Shown here: one piece after another, positions 1 to 11,923 of the stretch
How positions within the stretch are numbered: position 1 is the stretch's first letter
Layout of the letters: every line of letters starts with the position of its first letter
NCBI RefSeq assembly: GCF_009914755.1
Contig: NC_060931.1
From: the human T2T-CHM13v2.0 reference genome, Homo sapiens
DNA: 64,000 bases
Direction: 5' to 3' (one strand)
Translations under genes and position numbers: made by a program
The notes under the pieces: model-generated
The model's database searches: none
What the model was told of the DNA's origin: nothing
What the model saw: only the letters and a program-made list of their open reading frames with translations

Positions 1-130
1 AAGCTCCAGCCCAAGGTTCTCTAACTGACTCCTTCCCACATCTTCTCAGCTTAGCGGCTGATGACTGACCCTGCCTGATCTCCTTGGAAGCCTCCTGGAC
101 CATAACAGATGCTTTGGGTAAATCTTAACA

Positions 131-3084
131 GTGGAGGGTAAGTCCACCCCCTTCTTGATCAGTATGGAGGCTACCCACTCTACATTGCATTCTTTTCAAG
201 GGCCTATTTCCCTTGCCTCCATAACTGTTGTGGGTATTGATGGCCAGGCTTCAAAACCCCTTAAAACTCCCCCACTCTGGTGCCAACTTGGACAACATTC
301 TTTTATGCACTCCTTTTTAGTTATCCCCACCTTCCCAGCTCCCTTATTAGGTCAAGACATTTTAACTAAATTATCTACTTCCCTGACTATGCCTAGGCTA
401 CAGCCTCATCTCATTGCTGCCCTTTTCCCCAGTTCAAAGCCTCCTTTGCATCCTCCCCTTGTATCTCCCCACCTTAATCCACAAGTATAAGACACTCTAC
501 TCCCTCCTTGGTGACCAATCATGCACCCCTTAGTATCCCATTAAAACCAAATCACCCTTACCCCACTCAATGCCAACATCCCATCCCACAGCACGCTTTA
601 AAAGGATTAAAGCCCATTACCACTTGCCTGTTACAACATGGCTTTTTAAAGCCTATAAACTCTCCTTACAATACCCAATTTTACCTGTCCAAAAACCGGA
701 CAAGCCTTACAAGTTAGTTCGGGATCTGCACCTTATCAACCAAATTGTCTTGCCTATCCACCCTGTGGTGCCAAACCCATATACTCTCCTATCCTCAATA
801 CCTCCCTCTACAACCCCTCTATAACCCATTATTCTGTTCTGGATCTCAAACATGCTTTCTTTACTATTCCTTTGCACCCTTCATCCCAGCCTCTCTCTGC
901 TTTCACTTGGACTGACCCTGACACCCATCAGGCTCAGCAAATTACCTGGGCTGTACTGCCGCAAGGCTTCACAGACAGCCCCCATTATTTCAGTCAAACC
1001 CAAATTTCTTCCTCATCTGTTACCTATCTTGGCATAATTCTTCATGAAAACACACGTTCTCTCCCTGCTGATTGTGTCCGGCTAATCTCCCAAACCCCAA
1101 CCCTTTCTACAGAACAACAACTCCTTTCCTTCCTAGGCATGGTTAGGTACTTCTGCCTTTAGATACCTAGTTTTACCATCCTGACTAAACCATTATATAA
1201 ACTCACAAAAAAAAAAAAAAAAAACTAGCTAACCCCATAGATCCTAAATCCTTTCCCCACTCCCCTTTCCATTCCTTAAAAACAGCCCTAGAAGCTGCTC
1301 CCATGCTAGTTCTCACTAACTCATCCCAACCCTTTTTATTACACATAGCCAGCGTACAGGGCTGTGTGGTCAAAATTCTTACACAAGAGCCCGGGACTGC
1401 GCCCTGTAGCCTTTCTGTCCAAACAACTTGACCTTACTGTTTTAGGCTGGCCATCGTGTCTCTGTGTGGCGGCTGCCACTGCCCTAATACTTTTAGAGGC
1501 CCTCAAAATCACAAACTATGCTCAACTCACTCTCTACAGTTCTCATAACTTCCAAAATCTATTTTCTTCCTCACACCTGATGCATATATTTTCTGCTCCC
1601 TGGCTCCTTCAGCTGTACTCACTCTTTGTTGAGTCTCCCACAGTTACCATTGTTCCTGGCCTGGACTTCAATCTGGCCTCCCACATTATTCCTGATACCA
1701 CACCTGACCCCCATGAATGTATCTCTCTGATCCACCTGACATTCACTCCATTTCCCCATATTTCCTTCTTTCCTGTTCCTCACCCTGATCACATTTGGTT
1801 TATTGACGGCAGTTCCACCAGGCCTAATCACCACTCACCAGCAAAGGCAGGCTATGCTATAGTATCTTCCACATCTATCATTGACGCTACCACTCTGTCC
1901 CCCTCCACTACCTCTCAGCAAGCCAAACTCATTGCCTTAACTCAAGCCCTCACTCTTGCAAAAGGACTGCACATCAATACTTATACTGACTCTAAATGTG
2001 CCTTCCATATCCTGCACCACCATGCTGCTATATAGGCTGATGGGGTTTCCTCACTAAGCAAGGGTCCTTCATCATTAACATCTCTTTGATAAAAACTCTT
2101 CTCAAGGCCGCTTTACTTCCAAAGGAGGCTGGAGTCATTCACTGCAAGGGCCATCAAAAGGCATCAGATCCCATCACTCGGGGCAAAGCTTATGCAGATA
2201 AGGTAGCTAAAAAAGCAGCTAGTGTTCCAACTTCTGTCCACGGCCAGTTTTCCTCCTTCTCGTGGGTCACTCCCACCTACTCCCCCAGTGAAGCTTCCAC
2301 TTGTCAATCTCCTCCCACACAAGGCAAATAGTTCTTGGACCAAGGAAAATATCTCTTTCCATCCTCACAGGCCCATTCTATTCTGTCGTCATTTCATAAC
2401 CTCTTCCATGTAAGTTACAAGCCACTAGCCCACCTCTTAAAACCTCTCTTTTCCTTTCCATCGTAAAAATCTATCCTCAAGGAAATCACTTCTCAGTGTT
2501 CCATCTGCTATTCTACTACTCCTCAGGAATTTCTCAGGGCCCCTCCCTTCCCTACACATCAAGCTCAGGGTTTTGCCCCTGCCCAGGACTGACAAATTGA
2601 CTTTACTCACATGCCCCGAGTCAGGAAACTAAAATACCTCTTGGTCTGGGTAGACACTTTCACTGGATGGGTAGAGGCCTTTCCCACAGGGTCTGAGAAG
2701 TCCACTGCAATCATTTCTTCCCTTCTGTCAGACATAATTCCTTGGTTTGGCCTTCCCACGTCTATACAGTCCAATAACAGACCAGCTTTTATTAGTCAAA
2801 TCACCCAAGCAGTTTCTCAGGCTCTTGGTATTCAGTGGAACCGTCATAACCCTTACCGTTCTCAATCTTCAGGAAAGGTAAAATGGACTATTGGTCTTTT
2901 AAAAACACACCTCACCAAGCTCAGCCTCCAACTTAAAAAGGACTGGACAATACTTTTACCACTTGCCCTTCTCAGAATTCAGGCCTGTCCTCAGGATGCT
3001 ACAGGGTACAGCCCATTTGAGCTCCTGTATGGACGTTCCATTTTATTAGGCCCCAGTATCATTCCAGACACCAGCCCAACTTGA
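131..3084 (+). pseudogene. HERV-H pro-pol pseudogene
   Basis: Broken ORFs 131-490, 872-1162, 1364-2035, 2086-2331 and 2611-3084. The RT YxDD segment is missing after SPHYF, and an A-run expansion lies at about 1207-1224. Confidence 0.93.
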
Positions 3085-3299
3085 ACTGCACCCCAAAAAC
3101 TTGTCATCCCTACTATCTTCTCTCTAGTCATACTCCTATTCACCATTCTCGACTACTCGTAAATACCCTGCCCTTGTTTACACTGCCGGTTTACACTTTT
3201 CCTCCAAACCATCATAACTGATATCTCCTAGTTTTACCTCAAACCACTACCCTTAAGTCTGTCTTAAAGTGGATAATCTTTGTTGACAGGGTACACTCC

Positions 3300-3860
3300 A
3301 ATACTTTCACCCTGATGAAGTCCTATTCTTTACTTGTATACTCACTCTTATTCCTGTTCCCATTCTTATGCCATCCTCTGCCTCTCCCCAGCTATCTCCA
3401 CCACACTATCAATCACACTCACTCTCTCCTAGCCATTTCTAATCCTTCTTTAACAATTGCTGGCTTTGCAGTTGCTGGCTTTGCATTTCCCTTTCCTCCA
3501 AAATCGCGGAGGCCTTGACTTACTGCCAAATAAAAATAAAAAATAAAAAAATAAAAAACTCCATGTATTTTTAAATAAAGAGTGTTGCTTTTACCTAAAT
3601 CAATCTGGCCTTGTATATGACAAGATAAAAAAACTCAAGGATAGAGCCCCAAAACTTGCCAACCAAGCAAGTAATTATGCTGAACCCCCATGGACACTCT
3701 CTAATTGGATGTCTTGGGTCCTCCCAATTCTTAGTCCTTTAATACCTGTTTTCCTCCTTCTCTTATTCGGACCTTGTGTCTTCCGTTTAGTTTCTCAATT
3801 CATACAAAACCGCATCCAGGCCATCACCAATCATTCCATATGACAAATGTTCCTTCCAAC
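3300..3860 (+). pseudogene. HERV-H env remnant (TM C-terminus only)
   Basis: LQNRGGLDLL (immunosuppressive-domain-like) near 3496, ECCFYLNQSGLVYDKIKKLKDRA near 3579 and hydrophobic anchor WVLPILSPLIPVFLLLLFGPC. SU is largely deleted. An (AAATAAA)n tract at about 3527-3558 disrupts the frame. Confidence 0.88.
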
Positions 3861-4068
3861 AACCCCACAATATCACACCTTACCACAAAATCTTCCTTCA
3901 GCTTAATCTCCCCCAGTGTAGGTTCCCACACCGCCCCTAATCTGGCTTAAAGCAGCCCTGAGAAACACTGTCCATTATCTCTCCATACCACCCCCCTAAA
4001 ATTTTTGCTGCCCCAACACTTCAATACTATTTCATGTTACTTTTCTTATTAACATAAGAAGACAGGAA

Positions 4069-4498
4069 TGTCAGGCCTCTGAGCCCAAGCTAAGCCATCG
4101 TATCCCTTGTGACCTGCACATATACATCCAGATGGCCTGAAGCAAGTGAAGAATCAGGAAAGAAGAGAAAATGGCCAGTTCCTGCCTTAACTGATGACAT
4201 TCCACCATTGTGATTTGTTCCTGCCACAACTTAACTGAGCCATTAACCTTGGGAAATTCCTTCTTCTGGCTCAGAAGCTCCCACACTGAGCACCTTGTGA
4301 CCCCCGCCCCTGCCCGCCAGAGAACAACCCGCTTTGTAATTTTCCACCACCTACCCAAATCCTATAAAATGGCCCCACCCCTATCTCCCTTTGCTGACTT
4401 TCTTTTTGGACTCAGCCCACCTGCACCCAGGTGAAATAAACAGCTTTGTTGCTCACACAAAGCCTGTTTGGTGGTCTCTTCACACAGAGGGCATGACA
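4069..4498 (+). mobile_element. HERV-H 3' LTR (LTR7 family, probably LTR7B-like)
   Basis: Starts tgtcaggcctctgagcccaagctaagcc and ends gcatgaca. TATA box at 4363-4369 and AATAAA at 4435-4440. Confidence 0.95.
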
Positions 4499-4829
4499 GC
4501 TTTTATCTGAGGAATGAAAATTCCTCATGTGGGAGTCATGCTGTGAAGCTAGTTTATAGGGTACACGTAGTGTGGGAGAATAACCTGACTTCCCTTGAGG
4601 ATAAAAAGAGCGTTAGGTTCTAGCTTCGATGCCATAATGTTTTAAAATAGCTCAAGCCCCTTGTCTTCACTCTTATTTTTAATCTTCAAACTTTTTCTAG
4701 CTATGAGTTCTACTGATTTCTTTTCACTTGCTAACCTCACAGCACCTAATCACCATGCATAGTAAAACTTGGAAATATGTCTAAGACACTGGATTGCACT
4801 CTGCTGAAGACAAAAAAAATCTAATATTT

Positions 4830-4905
4830 GCATTTATGTCCACAGTACCTAGCGTAGTGCCCAGAAAATAAAAGGTGCTCTATATGTTTATTGAATGAAT
4901 GAATA
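4830..4905 (+). mobile_element. L2 3'-end fragment
   Basis: cctagc..agtgcc..ggtgctc..atatgtttattgaatgaatgaa resembles the L2 terminus. Confidence 0.6.
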
Positions 4906-6543
4906 GAGCAATATTAACAAATGGAAAGGATTGTGAAAGCAATGAATGAATACTAATACAAATCTGGGTTTGTATTTGTGGAGGAGCATGTGTGTGCTTC
5001 TTGCATGAAGTCATTAGAGAAGCAATTAAGATACCCTCGAGGACAGTTATAAAGTCTGATCGCTGGAGAGAGTTTTGGGCAAGGAATATCATTTTAATCC
5101 AAAATATAGGAAAAGTCACTAGAAAAATAACAAAGCATTATGGAAAATACCATCACAATCACTTAGTGAATAGCCATGAAGAGAAAAATGTCAATACAGT
5201 CCCCACTGGTACATTCTGAAACTAAGATCCATCTAAATACCTACTAATGAAGTTTTTTTAATTGAAAACATATTTTCATAATTTAAGTACTATAGAGTAC
5301 ACATTCAACAAAGAAAGCCTGTTTCATAGTGTTGGAAATAAGAGTCCTGTGAAATCAAGTTTATTGTTAGAAGTGGGTTTTAAGAAACCTGAAAAGATTG
5401 GTAATACTAAAAGAAATATGGAACAGATGTTGTCTCAAGCAGAGTCCTGGACAAATAATATCAAAATATTGATATGAAGTTAATGACAAAGGGTGATAGC
5501 ATTGGTATGTTTTTTTGTTTTTGTTTTTTCTTTTTGCAAAATGTGTACATGCTCTAATCAGCAGTGTACAACTTCTTTTTAATCTGAGAAATAGCTAAAC
5601 AATTTTAGTATTAGGTATGCTTTGAATTTAGATTTTAATAGGTCATATATTTATAGAAACCACTAGATGAGGTTTCAGAAGTGTAAATCTTGCTCTTTGC
5701 TCAATGGAAGTGTTTCTCATTAAACAGTCTGTTCTGGTCCTCGTAAATAAGTCCGCCTAGAAGTTATGCCTAAAGAGATAATAAACATCAATCTAATAGT
5801 GTATGTGATGCGTGAGTAAGTTTGTAAACTGTAGGGTACTCAGTGATGTAACAACATTGGTGTGCCGGATATCCTGAAAAGATTTAAAGATATATAAACA
5901 GTAAATAGAATACACACTTTCCTCTACTACTTAGGAGATACATGGAATTCTAGAAATAAACAAATCCTGATATTTTGCCTCAATGTGTTAGCTTTATTTA
6001 AAATGAAAAACAAAAGGAATTTAAGGGAGATTAACCACTGACTGATGACAGAATTTGGACAAAGGGTCAGATCTCCTGTGCTCTGGGCCTCCCCTTCTCT
6101 TTTGCCTTGTATTTGAAAACTGTATTTATGTTACTAACACTTGGTATCTACAAAAAATGCCTTGACTTTTACATATGAGCAAAACAAATTAAAAATTTTA
6201 AGTTTAAATTTTATTTAAACTTTATTTATTTAAACTTTAAAAATTAAGTTTAAATTTTATTATAGAGGTGTGGACTTTAATACATCTAACAAAGAATGAA
6301 TGAAATAAAGTTTCAGGTGGAAAAGTAATTATTCCATTAGAGTGACAGGATGCAGAATCAGGAATCATATTAGCCTAGACTTAAAACTATATGTAGAATT
6401 TATTCATAAATATTTTCCAATAAACTGTATAACTGATCTTCCCCTTTTCCAAAAAACCCCACAAGATTTTCATAATAAAGAGGTTAGTTTGTGCAGTGAT
6501 GTTCCAATATTATAACTTGTTTAAGGGGCTGGATTCCACTGAA

Positions 6544-6648
6544 CATGCTTTCAATTCTTTTAGGTATATACCCAGAAATGGAAGTGCTGGATCATATAAT
6601 AATTCTATTTTTAATTTTTTGAGGAACTGCCATACTGTTTTCCACAAT
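6544..6648 (-). repeat. 105-bp local copy of the L1MB segment at 9368-9472
   Basis: Direct comparison gives 102/105 identity. Flanked by the direct repeat ctggattcca (6529-6538 and 6657-6666). Confidence 0.92.
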
Positions 6649-7215
6649 TCCACATTCTGGATTCCAAAATGTTAAGTTCAAAGTTATACAGAACCAGAAC
6701 TGACTAACCCGAACTGAGAGGCTCTTTGGGTTGAATAGGGCTGGTTATTTACAGAAGGCATGGCTGAAGCAGATCTATTGTTCTGACTGGCCCTTACAGC
6801 CACATAAATTCTGAAATTCTTTCTTTCCTTCCTGCCCAAATTAAAGATTTGGAAGTAGAGTTGAAAGCAAAACTTCAGAATGTCAAACCCACAAAAATGT
6901 TATGGTTTTGGGGTATTTAATCTTCTTAGACTATTAAAAAGATCTGAGTGGGTATTTGTTTTTATTTGGGACTAACGTCAGCTTCCAAACCAGAAAAATG
7001 CATCAAGAAGTTTCACAGCTGCTTCAAATAAATTTTGGCTTAAAGAACAAAAGTTTTAAATCAGGTATTAAAAAAAAGTGATAAAGCATTATATACAATT
7101 ATTTCCTACCACAGAAATTTTGGAAAGCTGCATAAAGAATCCAATTTTGATCCTTAAAAATTATTTTTATCAATTCCTGTCTTTCAAGAAAGATGATAAA
7201 ATGTAGTCACTTCCT

Positions 7216-7457
7216 GCACAATCTTGGCTCACCGCAACTTCCACCTCCCAGGTTCAAGCGATTTTCCTGCCTCAGCCTCCCGAGTAGCTGGGATTTATGG
7301 GCGTGTGCCACCAAACTTGGCTTTTTTTTGTATTTTTATTAGAGACAGGGTTTCACCATGTTGGCCAGGCTGTTCTCGAACTCCGGATCTCAGGTGATCT
7401 GCCTGCCTCAGCCTCCCAAAGTGCCGGGATTACAGGCGTGAATCACCACGCTTGGCC
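7216..7457 (-). mobile_element. AluS lacking its 3' end and poly(A) tail
   Basis: Alu body runs from gcacaatcttggctcac to ggcc. Flanking repeats are aaatgtagtcactt (7199-7212) and aaatttagtcactt (7458-7471). Confidence 0.92.
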
Positions 7458-8161
7458 AAATTTAGTCACTTGTTTCAGCTGAGAGAAACTTCCAGTCTAA
7501 TCTTTCTTCTGCCTCCACCTCCCTCCCCAGTTCACCCTTCTGTGCATGCATAGCTATATGCTCTCTTCTCTTCCTCCTACTTTAAAATAATTCCAAAGAA
7601 TTTGGCTTCAAGAAAATTATGTCCCGGCTAGTCTCCAGTAAGAGTCACAGAATCATTTATTATGCACTAGATGCCCTAATTATAGAACAAATGATTTTAC
7701 AGTTTAAGTGTATAAAATAGAGATATATCTTGATGTTAGAACCATTTTGTATACTGTTTTACATCAATTGGCTCACCAAACCTCCTGTAAATATAGACAA
7801 AAATGAAGAGCAAACTTCATTGGGATGTTAAAATTTTTGAAATGAGAATTCTTTGTTTTATCTCGAGAGTACAGGGTCACACACATAGTTAATAAACAAT
7901 AAATAAGGAAGGAATGAAACCCCCCGTACTGATGATGGATATGTGACATCTTCACATGACTTACTCGTGAGGATTAGCTACAAACACTGGGTCTTCCCTT
8001 TTTTAATTTCCTTACAGATTGTGGACCACACAAATGAAAGAGGTTGGCAACTGCTAAGTTTGCTATTCTGTAATTAGGTTATTAATCCTAAAGTTTTTTC
8101 TCTATGAGGAAAATTAAAGGCTGACTGTTTTTTTTTGTTTTTAAAAATATAACTAAGTTCT

Positions 8162-8290
8162 AGCCAGGCATGGTGGCTCACATCTATAATCTCAGCACTA
8201 TGGGAGGCCGAGGCAGAAGGATTGCTTGAGTTCAGGGGTTTAAGACCAGCCTGGGTAACATAGCAAGACCTCATCTCTATTAAAAAAGAA
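8162..8290 (+). mobile_element. FLAM / Alu left monomer
   Basis: Single Alu monomer with an A-rich tail. Confidence 0.85.
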
Positions 8291-9979
8291 ATACACACAC
8301 AGTTCTATATTTACTCTCCACCTCTCAACAGGGTATGTTTTACAGTTAGTATCACATTTGGCCACCCTGTCAATGCTGTTGCTATTCACTCAGGAGAAAG
8401 TATATGCCTACGTCAATTTTTCCTGGGGCTGATACATTTCTGTTATTTTTCCTTCCACTGAAAAAAGCCATTATTAGTGTTACTTCTTTGCCCACTGAAT
8501 ATGGCAGACACTTGGACTGGCTGATCAACCTGTATTTTCAAATCCATTCCTCCCCCGTCTGCCTCTACCACAGTGTAATAAAACTCACTTTTCCAGACTA
8601 TCTTTAAGCTTTGAGCGATTATGTGACACAGTCCTGGCTAGTGAGATGCAAAGCTGACTGGCAGCTGCTAATGCTTTCTGTTCCCTCTCCTCCTCCTTCC
8701 TGCCTAGCTCATGGATGGTGAAGCAGCCATCTTGCAAATAAGGAGATTAAAACTACATGCTAAGGATGGCAGCATAGAAAGATGTAACAAGCCTAAGATA
8801 TTAGCCACATTGTAGAATCACTGCACCAGAATGGAGGACCTATCTGAACTTTTTCCAATTTTTAAAATAGTGGTAATATACACATAACATAAAATTTACC
8901 ATTTTGACCATTTTAAGTGTACATGGTATTAACTACATTCATATTGTTGTACAACCATCACCACCATCCATCACATCTCTATAAGTCTCTTCATCTTGTA
9001 ATACTGAACCTCTGTACCCATTGAACAACAACTCTGCATTCCCCTTTCCTCCAGCCCCTGGGAACCACCATTCTACTTTCTGTCTCTGATTTCTGACTGC
9101 TCTAACTACCTCAGCTAAATGGAGTCATACAGTATTTACCTTTTTGTGATTAGCCTATTCATTTAGCATAATGTCTCCAAGGTTCATCCATGTTGTTGCA
9201 TATGTCAGAATTTTTTTCTTTTTATGGCTAGATGATATCCCGTTGTATTTATGTGCCACATTTTGTATATTTATTCACCTACTCATGGACACTTGGATTG
9301 CTTCCACATTTCAGCTGTTGTGAATAATGCTGCTATGAATATAGATATACAAATATCTCTTTGAGAGCATGCTTTCTATTCTTTTAGGTATATACCCAGA
9401 AATGGAAGTACTGGATCATATAATAATTCTATTTTTAATTTTTTGAGGAACTGCCATATTGTTTTCCACAATAGCGGTATCATTTTATATTCCTACCAAT
9501 ACTAACAAGGGTTTCAGTTTATCTACATCCTAGCCAATATTTGTTACTTTCTGCTTGTTTGGTGTTTTTAAAGTAAATCTTAGTTATTCTAATGCATGTG
9601 AGGTATCTCATTGTGGTTTTGACTTGCATTTCCCTAGTTATTGGTGATAGTCAGCATCTTTTCATGTGCTTACTGGCCATTTGTCTTGTATTTTGACAAA
9701 TGTCTGTTGAGGTCTTTGCTCATTTTTGAATTGGGTTGTTTTTTGTTGTTGAGTTTAGGAGTTACGGATATTAATACCTTATCAGATATGTGATTTGCAA
9801 ACAAACATTTTCCAGCATTCTATATGCCATGGTCTAAATGTGTCCTCCCCAAAATTCATTTGTTGAAACTTAATAGCCAATGTGATAGTATTAAGAGGTG
9901 GGCCTTTTGAACAGTGATTAAGTCATGAGGACTCTTCCCTTGTGGATGAGATTAAGTCCTTTATGAAAATGCTGGAGGG

Positions 9980-10503
9980 AGCAATCCCATTACTAGGTAT
10001 ATACCCAAAGGATTATAAATCATTCTACTATAAAAACACATGCACACATATGTTTATTGCAGCACTATTTACAATAGCAAAGACTTGAAACCAACCCAAA
10101 TGCTCATCAATGATAGACTGGATAAAGAAAATGTGGCACATATACCCCATGGAATACTATGCAGCCATAAAAAAGGATGAGTTCATGTCCTTTTCAGGGA
10201 CATGGATGAAGCTGGAAACTGTCATACTCAGCAAACTAACACAGGAAGAGAAAACCAAACACTGCATGTTCTCACTCATAAGTGGGAGTTACACAATGAA
10301 AACACATGGACACAGGGAGGGGACATCACACACTGGGGCTTGTCGGGGGGGTAGGGAGCTAGTGAAGGGATAGCATTAGGAGAAATACCTAATGTAGATG
10401 ACAGGTTGATGGGTGCAACAAACCACCATGGCACGTGTATACCTATGTAACAAACCTGCACATTCTGCACATGTATCCCAGAACTTAAAAGTATGAAAAA
10501 AAA
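9980..10503 (+). mobile_element. 5'-truncated L1PA (L1PA7/8-like) 3' end
   Basis: ORF2 C-terminus (DWIKKMWHIY..) plus primate L1 3'UTR, ending cccagaacttaaaagtatgaaaaaaaa. Confidence 0.93.
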
Positions 10504-11923
10504 GAACAGAATAATCTCTACCTATAAGATGTATTTGCCTTTTGAATCTTGTAATCTTATGAATCCATTATGAATCTTGCATTATTAATCTTGTAATCTT
10601 GTAAGATTCATAATGGAAATCCAACTTATACATCTAAGATTAGTATTCATTGGAACAATGTGGAAGTATGTATGGGATGTGATCACAAAGCAACATTAGT
10701 AGTTCAGATTTGTATCAATCAACTAGTCAACACTATGGATATAGTCCACCTACCGCTTTTGAACCCATCCATTCTCTATTACTATTCATTTTTATCCTTC
10801 ATTCTTTCTCACATGCTTTGGCCAGTGACTTGCTAAAATCCCAACACTGTGTCTATAGAATTTTTCTATCTACGAATTTAGTCACCCTAAACAACAGCAA
10901 TGTGTTGTCTCTTATGGGTTGTTTTCAGTGCTTTAACCATGCTGTTTCTCAGTTAACTGCTTGCTGAAAGTGTGTTTGTTTGTATATTCTGGAATCTGCT
11001 GGCCACTGATAAAATGGGCTTAAGTCTGACAGTGTGAATGGGTTTCATCTTTTTTATGCAGTGTTTCACCATTAACATAATACATTCCTATATGTTATAA
11101 ATGAAATTCATTGAATTTGAATCATATAATTTTTACAGGAGATTACTAATTGCTATGTAATCTGAGTACGTTATGATTCCAAGGTGGAAACAGGGTTTGG
11201 ATGGCTTAGGTGCCTTCCTTTTACTGGTTGTCACACACTCTTACCACGAATGAGTGGGAAGAGAATAGCTTCAGAGCCACAGGTCAGTTGAACTTGCCTG
11301 TTACTACCTGAATGACTTTAAGCTATTACTTAATATTATGAGTATTCCTTTCTTACTTTTGTTCAGATACGAATATAGTGTGTATCTTGAAGGACTTGAG
11401 ATATCTATATCTATATATCAAGGTTATATATAATATATATATATATCTTATGAAGTCCTTCAAGATACATACTATATCTCTATTTGAACAAAATACACAC
11501 ACACACACACACAAACACATACCTCTTATATATCAAAAATATAATGAATGGCAGTTTACTTCTACGACATTCTTTCCAAAGTTTCTTTCAGTCCAGTTTC
11601 AATAGTTTCTTATTGTTAACAAAGGAAAAAAAGAAAAAAGGAGCTACTCGCTTTGCAATCCCCCCCTTTCCACTGCCTTACAAATGAAAAATGGAAAGTA
11701 CCTCTGACTGGTTCCCTCCCACAACCAATCAGACTGGTTGTTGGCCAGGTTTTCATTTACATAGGGTGTAACCAAGTAACCAATGGGAAACCTCTAAAGG
11801 GTATTTAAACCCTAGAAAATTCTGTAACCAGGGCTCTTGAGCTGTTTGCTCAAGCCCACTTCCACTCTGTGGAGTGTACTTTTGTTTCAATAAATCTGTG
11901 CTTTTGTTTTGCTTCAAAAATAA
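10504..11923 (+). other. L1 3'-transduced sequence (about 1.4 kb) ending in a MER51-like LTR poly(A) site
   Basis: Lies between the L1 tail and the right TSD copy (aaaatgctggag at 9966 and 11924). AATAAA at 11889-11894 is followed by an A-run at 11916-11923. Confidence 0.85.
11613..11915 (+). mobile_element. MER51-like ERV1 LTR fragment truncated at its poly(A) site
   Basis: gctactcgctttgcaatccccc, aaccaatcagactgg and aaccaatgggaaacctct..gtatttaaacc motifs. U5 is absent. Confidence 0.7.

Larger units (their letters stand above)
1..4068 (+). mobile_element. HERV-H internal region (end of gag, pro, pol, env remnant), decayed deleted form; 5' part lies outside the window
   Basis: ORF fragments show protease (FLISMEATHS, degenerate DTG motif), RT (VLPQGFTDSPHYF), RNase H (WFIDGSS, YTDSK) and integrase (YLLVWVDTFTGWVEAFPT). 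Polypurine tract aagaagacaggaa precedes the LTR. Many stops and frameshifts. Confidence 0.96.

Noticed and set aside
1364-3084. 223-aa and 157-aa ORFs as functional genes
   Set aside because: They are fragments of disrupted HERV-H pol.
4992-5477. Two short + strand ORFs just after the LTR7
   Set aside because: Non-ATG starts, no recognisable domain, and they lie downstream of the LTR poly(A) signal.
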